Assembly: GCA_038496445.1 (NCBI GenBank)
Contig: JALMLS010000461.1
Location: 124,001-188,000, forward strand
Direction of reading: 5' to 3'
Origin: Trichosphaerium sp. ATCC 40318
Taxonomy: Eukaryota > Protista > Tubulinea
Length of the DNA: 64,000 nucleotides
Below the pieces are notes generated by a model. That model was given only the letters and a program-made list of their open reading frames with translations, was not told the origin of the DNA and did no database searches. Below, one piece after another: positions 53,601-64,000 of this stretch; position 1 is the first letter of the stretch, and the number at the start of each line of letters is the position of its first letter. A program made the position numbers and the translations under genes.

Positions 53601-56600
53601 ATTTGTGAACACAAATCTTAATGCCAAATTCTATCACTTCATTGTGCTTAACTTGTGCTACTGGTTTTCAGTAGTCGGTTGGGAGGCAGCTTTGAAGATT
53701 GTATTTTCTATTTCAATATTTTTTGCCTAACACGTGCTTTTTCGTTGTTGTTCCAAGACAAGTTGTTTAATAAGTTTTAGGAAGGACAAAACAGATTGTA
53801 CGAACTTTGTAGAGATCGTATGGCCCGTGGTATTGCTAGGGGAATGGTTGTATTTGCAGAAATTGCTGGTGTTGAATCTCTAATCACTGAGTCTCTTGAT
53901 GTTCCACCAATAGGCCTCACAGGAAGAGTAGTTGGAGAAAAAGATAATGTAGGTTCCATGAAGATGGATACTGATAAATTACCTACGGACATTGTACGTT
54001 AAACAAGATGGAGTAATTCTTTTGCCACTTTATGTTATAATGACATTAGATCTAAACTGATCTTTTTACCTCGGTTAGATGGATTGGCCTGAGTTTCATA
54101 ATGGTGCTTCCGTTGGTCTTAAACTTGGTGCTTCGTCTGTACGTTACAATGAGACGAAATGAGTTTTTTCTATGTGTGCTTACTTTGTATCTTAGAGCGA
54201 TGAGCTTACTTCAACGTGGATAGCTTATAATAAACCACAAGATGGCTTATCCTCGTCCCATGCAGGATTCCTTATGGCTTTAGGATTAGCAGGACACTTA
54301 AAATCTCTTGCAATGACAAAGGTAAGGCTTGTTGTCAACAACTAAATGTTCCTCAATTTGGTGACTGACACTTGTTTTAAGGTTTATGATTACTTATCCA
54401 CAGGTCATGCCTTAACAAGTGTTGGTTTGTTACTTGGTATTGGCGCTTGTTGGAGAGGCACAGGAGATGAAGATCATACTAAGCTTCTTGCTGTTCATAT
54501 ACCGCCTCTTCATCCTCCTTCTTCTACCCAGATTGATCTTCCACCACTAGTTCAAACAGCAGCTCTTTTATCACTCGGTCTTGTTCATCAAGAGACTTCG
54601 CATCGAAGATTTACAGAGTTGATGCTATCCCAAATAACGCAAACACCTAATGATGATCCTCAGTTCCTTGTAGAGAGCTACACACTTACTGCAGGAATGG
54701 CTCTGGGTCTTATTAACCTTGGACAAGGTAACTCTGCTAAAGGACTTCAAGATCTCGACTTACATAAGCGTTTATTTAAGTACGGTTTACCTAAGCTCTT
54801 ATTTTGTTTCTTGTTTGATTAACTTCCTTCTAGATGCATTGACAGAGGTGTTAATAATAAAGGTAGTGCCTTGAAGAGTAATCTTGTACTACATGATACT
54901 CAGAACTCTACAAACACGAATGTCATTGCACCAGCTGCGATTTATGCGCTTATGTTGATATACCTTAAAACGAACAATACAGATATTGCTTCTCATATGT
55001 CTCTCCCTGATACCACATTTCTTCTTGATTATATTCGTGCTGATATTTGTCTTATGCGTACTCTTGCAAAGAGTCTCATATTATGGCAAAGTGTTGTACC
55101 AACAGAAGAGTGGGTTAAAGAACAATTACCAAAGTACGTTTTTTTTTTATTTTCAGCTTTGTTTCGTACTTGAATGATGATAATCGTTTAGGGTTATACT
55201 TACGCAAAAGGTTCCTGAAGAGTCTGTATTTGCTGCAAAATACTTTAATATTATCGCTGGAGCTTGCTTGGCTCTTGGTGTTAAGTATTGTGGTCGTTTC
55301 AGTGCAAAAACTAGAGAATTGCTTGAAATGTATTTGGATGATTTTCTTACAATTTATAAACAATCTCCTGGAGCCAAATACAAACTTTTACTTCAAAATG
55401 CTATCATATCTATCCTAATATCATTATCACTTGTAATGGCTGGTACGTCCAAAGTCGTAGTTTATTAATAGAGCAAAGCTTGATTGACATAAACATTTTA
55501 ATAGGAAGCGGTAATCTTGAAGTCTTTATGAGCGTTAGACGTGCAAAAACTATTCTTGGTATGGATGTTTCTTATGGTGTTCACATGGCTGTATCTATGG
55601 CTGTTGGATTTTTGTTCCTTGGAGGTGGAAGGTATGTCTTTATAGCGAGTCCTTAAAGTACTATAAATCTTCTAAATGTTCTTTTCTTAGGTTGACACTT
55701 GCTTCTTCTAATGGTGCTATTGCTGCTCTTTTGATTAGTTTATTCCCTCTATATCCTGCAACACCTACAGATAATCAATACCATTTACAAGCTTTTAGAC
55801 ATTTATATGCTCTTGCTATATCTGGTAGATGTGCTTGTTGTATAGATGTTGATAATATGACTGCTGTTTATGTACCTATACGTGTTACAACATCAAAAGC
55901 TGTTTTCAACTTGATTGCACCTGCAATTTTACCACCTTTTTCGGAGATTGAAAAAATCGATATTATGCCACCACGATACCATAGTCAGGTACCACCTTGT
56001 GCTTATGATTTCCAAGACTAATTTTTTTTGTAGACAATTGATAGAGGTCAATTAAATAGGTTATTAGCGCATACAAATAGCAGTGCTTTGCTTAGAATTT
56101 TGGTTTCTAAAAAAGTTGGGTATAATAACTATTCAACTGATCCTCATGGTATTCGCTCTATAATGACTAGACCTTTACCTAAACTACCTACAGCCGAGGG
56201 TACGTTTTTTAAAATAGATTATTTGTATTCATAAGAGTCTAATTGAACTTCAAAGAGTTGAACGATCCAGAAGCTGCAAAGCGACACCAAGAGTTTGTTA
56301 AGATGTTTTCTTCTGATCCAAATATTTTGGGCTTTGTCAACCACTTTTGCAGCTTAGATAGGGATAGTCGTAAGTCAGAAGACTCTGCTTTCCATACAGC
56401 GCTTTTGTATGAATGCTTGGTTGAAGAAAAGGCTTATATGCTCCCTACATACCTGCGTACGGCAAATTTTGTGTAACTTTTGATTCACATGCTCACTTTT
56501 TGATAGTGCTTTACCAAATCGCCAGGGACCTACCTCAACGTTGTTCTGTTCCTACTATACGTAATTTGCTTATAATATTCTCTTGGTATGCAAAAGCGAC

Positions 56601-57050
56601 TATTGATAATCCACTTATCCGCCAAAACTTCTTGAAACGGATACAACTTGCTTTTGATAAATTTTTTGGTGATAGTGAAATAAGCAAATATATTGAAGAT
56701 GCAGTTTTGAAGTATACAAAAGGCACGTGCTTTAAAACGTGAATTTTTTAGGAAAAAAAAAGATTGCCTATTTCCAACACGTGCTAACACGTGATTATTT
56801 AGGTAAATTCAACTGGATGGAAGAACACACTTGTGTTGATCACGTGGTTGCTTACTTTGTTTATAATCGTATGCCTACTCTTCAAATTCAAGTTAAACCT
56901 CTTGTTGAAAAGAAGAAGAAACGTAGTCATAATAACAAGTCAAGTCTTTTGTCACAAGTAAGATTATTAAATCATTTGGATAAACAGAAACCAGACTTGA
57001 ATGCAAAAGCTTTAGTACAAATGTGCAAAGCGATGAGTAACCAAAAGTAA
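50645..57050 (+). CDS. ANAPC1: Anaphase-promoting complex subunit 1
   Basis: LPFGISLPLLEAI, RFSRDKRL, WPEFHNG, WIAYNKP, HAGFLMALGLAGHL, YGVHMAVSMAVGFLFLGGG, DNQYHLQAFRHLYALA. Confidence 0.96.
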
Positions 57051-57699
57051 GACTTGACTAGCATTGTAATACTTTGTAAATAAAAAATAAACAAATACCT
57101 CATGCTGCTTGATCATCAATGCATGCCAAGGAATGTAACGTAAAGAGAAAAAAAAAAGGCCAACTTCGAAAAACTGGAACAATTTTTATTGCTTGATATT
57201 ACTCTACTTAGTTCGTTTTCCAAAGTACATACTCTACAGCTGATAAACATTCCATGCGCCCATAATACTCCAAGCACCATGTTGTTGGAAGGAAAATACT
57301 GTTCAACAAATTGGCACTGTTTGCTGTCTAATGAGAATAGTGTATCACAACAAGCAAAAATACCTGCTCACAGCCAAGTTGTCCAGTGTTGTAACTTAGT
57401 GTCAAAGTAGTCAAGTGAGTAAGAGCAAAATTTATTACTGCAAGCTGATAATTAGATATCTCTGTGAAAGTAACTTGTAGAGCAATCCACAGAAATCTCG
57501 ATTGTACTGATTAATGCCTCGCCATGTTCTCTTGCTGTTCTAGAACAATAGATAGTGTGTACACCCGCATGAATTTGGAATATTTCAGGATTAATTGATC
57601 TACAAATAAGTGGAAGGACATTATGTATCTTTTGCTGTAGTAGGATTATAAGTAGTCTGAGTGTATTTGGTGATACATGCCTGTAATACTGGAAGTCAT

Positions 57700-58870
57700 C
57701 TAATGTTCTGGTATCTTTCTAAGAGTTTTTTTTACATAATTATAAGGGAAATATCCGTAGTTTTCATTGTGTCTACCAAACCACCAATCCTAATTACAAG
57801 TTATTTACCAATTAAAAAAACTGGTGTGTACATCTGCATCGTCAAGAACAAGAATTTCATCCCTCTTGGAGAAACCCAGATCGTCTTCTTCTTGAGGTTT
57901 GAACGTGTACCTGGCAATAACCCAAAATTTCGGAGGTGCTATTTCTGAATACAGGTAAGTAACATTTTTCAAGTTTTACTGAAAAAGAAAGTTGTAGTTG
58001 TGATTAACTTCATCAAACACTTTACCTTTGATACCTCTTTCTGAAATATTCTCACATCCAATAAGTTTAACACTATGAGCACCAGCAAGGACTTTTATCC
58101 CTTTATCTGTTACAGAGGTAAATGAAAGATCAATAGTGTGAACTCCAGCAAGTTCTTTTATTCCATCATCTGTTACTCTGGTTACTTGAAGATTAATAGT
58201 ATGGACACCTTTGAGTGCTTTGATACCCTCATCTGTTACTTTAACACAAGAAAGATCAATGGTGTGTACACCTTTAAGTGCCTTGACACCTTCATCTGTT
58301 ACATTTATGGTATATGAAAGATTAATTGAATGAACACCTTTTAGTGCTTTGATACCCTCATCTGTTACTTTAGTACGAGAAAGATCGATGGTGTGAACAC
58401 CTTTGAGCGCCTTGACACCTCCATCTGTTACATTTGAATTCCTGAGGATAATGGTGTGCACCCCAGTAAGTGCAATAGCACTGAAATCTGTAATGTACTC
58501 ACACCAAGTAATACCAATTAGTTCATTTTTAGCACGTTTCATGATATTTTCAGTTGGTATAGATACGTAGATTTTTGTGTGCCTTAGAACACCACTATGC
58601 TTTGCTGCTGATTTGGCCTGATTTTCTGTTGTAAGTGTTATTTTATCATACCCAATAATGTTATGAATGATAGAAGCTATGTAACAACATGTCTGGCATG
58701 CTGCAAATCGCGCTTTTGCTGTTTTAGATAAAATATAAGCTAAAATCTCTGTAGGCAGGTCAACTAATGTTGCCTCAGTACTACAACATTGTTTAGATGA
58801 GTGAGAAGATATTTATTGCACATCAGCACTAGTACCTTCGATAAACGGCTTCTGAATTGGTATTACTCAT
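57700..58870 (-). CDS. F-box + LRR + SH3 protein
   Basis: LVDLPTEILAYIL..QTC and GVHTIDLS repeats. After introns 57945-58025 and 57790-57831 the frame reads WVIARYTFKPQEEDDLGFSKRDEILVLDDAD|DWWFGRHNENYGYFPYNYV. Confidence 0.85.
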
Positions 58871-59032
58871 GTCTAGTTCAGCATTTGATTGTATTACGTG
58901 TGCCAATAGTATGATGCAGATTCTGACCTGAAAGAGGTACGAAAACATGGCTATTTAGTCAAACAAGTTCAGCACGGCTAGTTTTTTTGCTAAGTCATGT
59001 GTGGCCAGGTAGATGTAGCTGCACTGGTTTAA

Positions 59033-59934
59033 ATGAATGCTATTCTTAAAGAAGCCCACCTACAGAGGGTAGCAAGGAAAGCTAAGACTCTGAACACTTC
59101 TCAAGTCTATATTGCGGGTAGAGTTGTTTCTTTAAGCCAACAACCATCACAATCCATTGCGCATCAATGTTGGCCATCAGTACGAACTTTATAACAATAA
59201 AAAACCCTCAAAGCTATTTCTAACGCTGAAAACTATAGTGTTACACGCTGTGCAAGTATTTTGAAGCGAACAGAGGCCTTTTGACAAACAAACGGATTAT
59301 TGAGCTTGGTACGCGTACAATACGCTGTGTAGACATAACAGAGGGCCAATACCGCTGTTTAACATTACTAATACTTGTATTTTGTACAGGCGCCGGCGTA
59401 GGGTTGCTGGGAATAACGGCTTGTATTCTAGACGCATCAAAGGTTGTTGTGACAGGTAAGACGATCACAATCATTGAAACGTTTTTAAACAAAAGCTTAC
59501 TGATTTAGATGTTGAGCAAGCTCTTGGTTTACTTAGTATAAATATTACCCAAAACGGCGTAGATGATAAGTGTACGGTCTCTCTATTGCGTTGGGGTAAT
59601 ACTGAGGATATCAAAGCGATAAGAGATGAGCATGGCTTGTTTGATGTCATTTTTTGTAGTGAACTTTTGTACCAACCACAGTTTATTGACTCATTAATGG
59701 AAACACTTGACGCTTTGATTGCTCTTCAACCAAGTGCCATAATATACGTAGCTCACAGGGAACGTTTGGATGATAAGGAAACTGTAGATCGGTTACTGGA
59801 GCATTTCAATCATAAAAAAGTACGTAAATAGTGCAACAATCTCAAATTAAGTTTGTAGCTATCTCTAGATTGTGTTGCACCAAAGTATGTTGGATCAAAG
59901 ATGGTATTATACAAGATGTCTGCAAAGAATATAA
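59033..59934 (+). CDS. METTL21/Methyltransf_16-family protein-lysine methyltransferase
   Basis: CWPS..LCKYF, RIIELGAGVGLLG, VVVTD, LRWG, FDVIFCSELLY. Confidence 0.88.
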
Positions 59935-60122
59935 GGCACTAGTAATAGATTTTATAGTAAATGTAGTACCACAAGCCAAGAGCCAATTTCTAACTAATGG
60001 TGATAGCAATAAATAAATCAAAGGCTGAAGTTATCAAGTTTTTTAAACAATTGAATTTTACAATAGCACCCTTTTTTTTGTTTGATTGATTTTAATGAGT
60101 TTAAACCAAGTATATTACCACT

Positions 60123-61110
60123 TCACCAAACCGCTGCATTAAGGTCTAGTTTAACAACCACAATTTCTTCTTCTTCAGGTCTGTGAACGCTCATGAAATC
60201 ACCAAACCTGTACCTAAGCACAAAAAAAATTAAGCTGAAAAGCCAAATATTTGAACAGTCAATATGGCAACGTACCATGAAAAGCTTGCATTCAACAATA
60301 TCCCTGGCGCCCATGAACGGCATTCAGATATCCAAAATCTTTCTGTGCTTCCTTTCATCCATGGCCCCATAAAGTTTTTTAACATTTCTAGCCTTTAAAA
60401 AAACTCAATCATTTTCAAAGTAGTAGTGAACAGCAGTACGCTAGGCAATGTTGCCGAATATCACCCGGGTAAGGATAGTTATCAGTGTGAAAACTATCAA
60501 ACTTGGTTTTCCGCCCAAGGTGAACAAAATTGTAGAACAAGAATGGGTTAAAATCACCTGAGATATTTGGTGATATTCCAGCATAATCATACTCTAATTT
60601 TTCCCTACCTCTTTCAGTTTTTGTTCAAAAATCTCTGGGACATCTTTAACCTCAGGAAGAAATCCATATGGATAAAGAGTGCTGGTCTCTTTTTGTAAGA
60701 AAGCATGACAAAAACGAGAAAATTTTACTGTAATTGAACCTAACATCTTACTTATAAGCTATTGAGGTAATATTATGCTACGTCACCTAACCTAGACTTT
60801 TTGTCCCTATTCTAACCAAGTCATCTAATCCTAGCACCAAGTTCTTTTCATTTAATGTAGAACATATGAATGCTTTGAATTGTTAATTGGATAAGGATAA
60901 AAAAAAAAGAGAATATTTGATATCGCATACCAAGATCATGAATTAAGTTTCCTTTATCCACCATTCCTCTAGGTAGCTTGAAAAACCATTAGTTAATTTT
61001 GTAGTGTACATCCACTGCTTACTGATATCTTCATACGGGAGACAGATGCACGTCTGAGGCGGTCTTCGCGTAAATCTCGTGGTGGTTCACGTGATATTTC
61101 TGAAGCATCT
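60123..61110 (-). CDS. Hypothetical multi-exon protein; 5' end unresolved
   Basis: Spliceable exons ..GDFNPFLFYNFVH..YPYPGDIRQHCLALEMLKNFMGPW..WYRFGDFMSVHRP..AAVW*. No family recognised. Confidence 0.5.
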
Positions 61111-61986
61111 ATATAAACTTATCATACGCTGGCAGCAACCCGTGGGCGCCTAGTAAACAACAGTTACAATCACAAGAAACAAGCAACTGGAATTAAGAGC
61201 CATGTTCTTGTAAACAAAAAAATAAAATGATAAAATAATAGGTATTATTTTATCAAGGAACTACAGGCCGTTTAGTTTTTGGAATTAAAAGCAACAAAGA
61301 AATCAGAGTAATTATTATGCGTTGAATAGAGCTAAGTGCTCCGATTGCATGACATATCTTGCAAGCAAAAAAAACAAATTAAAAAAAAAACTATCACGAT
61401 CTAACTATTACTTGTGGAACGCAAAGTACAAAACTGATTTTGCGCTTCCTTACAAAGCAGTAAACAAATACGACGTACTTGAAGAGCATGAAAAACAAAC
61501 GTTGGGTAAACCAAACTCTGAGTTGGCTTAATTTCTATAAGTTAGCTTATAGACGTGTACCACGTCTCGTTGATACGTCGCAAACAAACAAGCAAATATT
61601 TGAAAGCAGATGATGCAATCGTCATCCTACAGTAAGGTCAAAAACGCGTCTAAACGGTTTTAAAATGGTTTGAAGAGAAAATCATAATTTGTTAACTCTC
61701 ATTGCTGAAACAACGCTTGGTGCGTCCAATAGTTCCATTATATGAAGCAGAGCGTCGGCATTTAGGGTTGCAAGTATTTGAGAGGTATTTGCTTCGGTTG
61801 GCTCCTACAACGGCTTAGCAACGGTTTCTTGGTTAAATATGTAGATATGTGTTGGACAATCGTGAAAATTGGGGCTAAGCACGTGCTTAGCTCAAGAAGT
61901 ACGTTGACGGTGCTAGTTTAACCCAGCACGCAGTCTACACATGCATACGGGTATGACATAACGTCTGAGAATAAAAGTTCTCGCGT

Positions 61987-63248
61987 ATGGCGTTGGTTTC
62001 ACTTGATGAGCTTCAATTATCGTGTGACGCCAGGAACACATTGAGAGAGTATGTAAGAGAACATGGCTACGCTATTGTGTCAGTTCCAACCGAAATGGTT
62101 TGTACGGTCCTGAAAATGTGTTCTAATACGCGCCTTATAGGCCCAGATCTTCCGGCAAACTACTGACAGGTACATTTGCAACATTTCAAATCAAACATGA
62201 TAGAACTGCAACTGAAACGCTACATACTCCTCCATATCGTTATGTCATCAACTTACGACTATATTAGCGCTGCTTCGTTTTTTGGCTATACAGAAGAGGT
62301 GAAACGTGCTACACAGCAACTATTCTACGAAGTACCTCCCCACAAGGTATGTTTACAGGCTATTAGCTCGTTTTGCTCGTTGACACATGACATGTTACAA
62401 TGCCATACTAATCTTAAAGCAAAAGGGTTTACTCGGTTACAATAGGCCTTCAGAAGCCAAAGAAGTACGGATTACCGCATACAGTAACCTTTAATCAATG
62501 TAAGGTGTTTAGAATACGCAGAGGAGCTTACACAAAATGGCCTCAGGGTGACTTTAAGCAACAAGTTCTGAAATCTTTCGATTGTCTTGAGAAAATTGTA
62601 GAATTGACAATGATTGCTTTACTGGGTTACCATAATATTTTTAGCACCCTTAAAACTAATGAGTGTATAGAACCCTTTGATTTTGACTATGATACACTCT
62701 TAAAAGACACGTGTGACGACGTGGAACATCTTGATAAGGAAAATTTTTCGAGTTCTCCTTTTGATATTTTTCATTATTTCAATGTTGAGGAAGACACAAC
62801 AGAACCAAAGAATTGTAGTATCCATGTCGATCCAGGTACTCACTTAATATAGAAGTTTAAGTTAACTGTTGTAGGATATCTAACGGTTGTGCCTTGTTGT
62901 CAAGTACCAGGATTGGTTCTAAGAAGCAGAAGAGAGAAAGATTGGATACAAGCTGAAGTAGACCAACCACGTGCGTTAGCTGCAAAAGAGTTTTAATGTT
63001 AATTCCCACAAAGCGTTTGAGCAAGTATGCATATTCCCAGCTGCTGGTCTTCAAGTAGTATCAAGGAACTATTATGAAGGTAAAACGGTTATTTATTGCA
63101 TTCTTTATTTACATCAAGTGTATTTATAGGCACTGTCCATTATGTCAGTAAGAATCCTGAAATGGCACCGAGATTATCGTTAGTTTATGAACTACGCCCA
63201 AAGGCGTCCTATAATGTAACTACGTTTGTGAAAAAACTGAGTAATTAA
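61987..63248 (+). CDS. 2-oxoglutarate/Fe(II)-dependent oxygenase (IPNS-like fold)
   Basis: N-terminal REHGYAIV, HVDPGYLTV (HxD), PGL, GTVHYV (distal His), RLSLVYELRP (RxS). Confidence 0.85.
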
Positions 63249-63294
63249 ATAAATGAATAAAACGTGATAGATGATTTATTTACTGTAAGCTTCT

Positions 63295-64000
63295 TCAAGA
63301 CATGTAGGGTCCCCAGAATCCTCCATATAACCTTGCAAATAAGCAAGCCCGTTCGCTTGGATCGTCGTATGTTACGTTGAAAACAGTTAGACCAATCTCC
63401 TTTGAGCGCGTCATCAATTGTGCATGTACAAGAGGCATAGATTGCGATAGTTCTTCGTATTCATTGGGATCTTTAATAATATTGTAGAGGCACCCTGAAG
63501 TACAGTCTTGTGTTATTCTGGCAGTTAAGTAAACATTGGTAGCGTTAGGATACTGAGGACCGGTCCAACCTACGAAAAGAAGGCTAAGTTCCTTGTTTTC
63601 GGCAAGTTAAGTGATAGTCACACCTGCGTACTGTTCTTCACCAACCAACAGTTTGTATTGTCCTGAAATAAGATTTACATATCCATCTTGTTCTCCAGTC
63701 ATACCAGAGTAACTAGATAATGGAATTTCGTTCCTTGGTGACGTTGTAGTCGCACCAGTTAGCAAACTTAACAAAAGAGTTAGATGGTGTTTCAAAACCA
63801 TAATTAGTAGTCAACTCACGGCCACATGTTCAAGCTGTCAATAGGCATTAAACCTGCTTTTTCAGCTTCATGATCTTTTGGATCAACCCCAGCGAGATAG
63901 CAAAACGTTGCATACCTAGTTTTGGAAACAAAACATGTTAGATGCGAGATTGCAACTAAATCACGTGACGTACCAATCACATATGTGTATGTATCCACTT
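63295..64000 (-). CDS. 3' part of an arylsulfatase B/I/J-like sulfatase, truncated by the window edge
   Basis: YATFCYLAG, IDSLNMWPLLTG..SPRNEI, GQYKLLVG, GCLYNIIKDPNE..LS..P, GFWGPY. Confidence 0.82.

Noticed and set aside
57100-57650. AGVHTI-like LRR remnant near 57555-57570 (minus strand)
   Set aside because: A single degenerate unit among stop codons, too weak to call a pseudogene.
61240-61878. Small + strand gene upstream of the oxygenase
   Set aside because: Exon-like pieces exist, but one junction lacks a canonical acceptor and no start was found. Left uncalled.
1-64000. Alternative genetic code or stop-codon readthrough as the cause of the fragmented ORFs
   Set aside because: Conserved genes assemble cleanly with GT/GC-AG introns, and TAA, TAG and TGA all serve as true terminators (kinase TAA, bestrophin TAG, mannosidase TGA).
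1-64000. CACGTG-containing introns as a family of introner or MITE insertions
   Set aside because: Beyond the hexamer and the A/T tracts, the introns share no extended similarity, terminal inverted repeats or target-site duplications that I can see.

Overview
AT-rich (roughly one-third GC by eye), gene-dense eukaryotic DNA, most consistent with a protist (amoebozoan-like; this is inference). Genes are split by many short (~35-60 nt) spliceosomal introns, so the ORF track shows only exon fragments, and I spliced the genes by hand. In order the window holds: a tandem array of Pmp-like beta-helix surface-protein genes, a CaMK-family kinase, a membrane-anchored MAN2B2-like alpha-mannosidase, a Myb protein, a mitochondrial carrier, a YneE-type bestrophin, an EngB GTPase head-to-head with a cysteine synthase, F-box-Sec7-PH, an F-box orphan, a Rabin8/Sec2-like gene, an orphan gene, PRKRIP1, a transglutaminase, three F-box-LRR genes (one with a hidden SH3 domain, two with reading-frame breaks), an F-box-MORN gene, RasGEF, PAN3, APC1, a METTL21-like methyltransferase, a 2OG-Fe(II) oxygenase and the 3' end of an arylsulfatase. 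Most notable: (1) about 10-fold over-representation of CACGTG, concentrated in long introns and gene flanks and often in pairs one helical turn apart; (2) an animal-type transglutaminase fused to a bacterial lamin-tail-like (LTD) domain; (3) a domain-shuffled F-box repertoire; (4) recurrent GC-AG introns and GTACG donors. Exon boundaries are manual and some 5' ends are uncertain.
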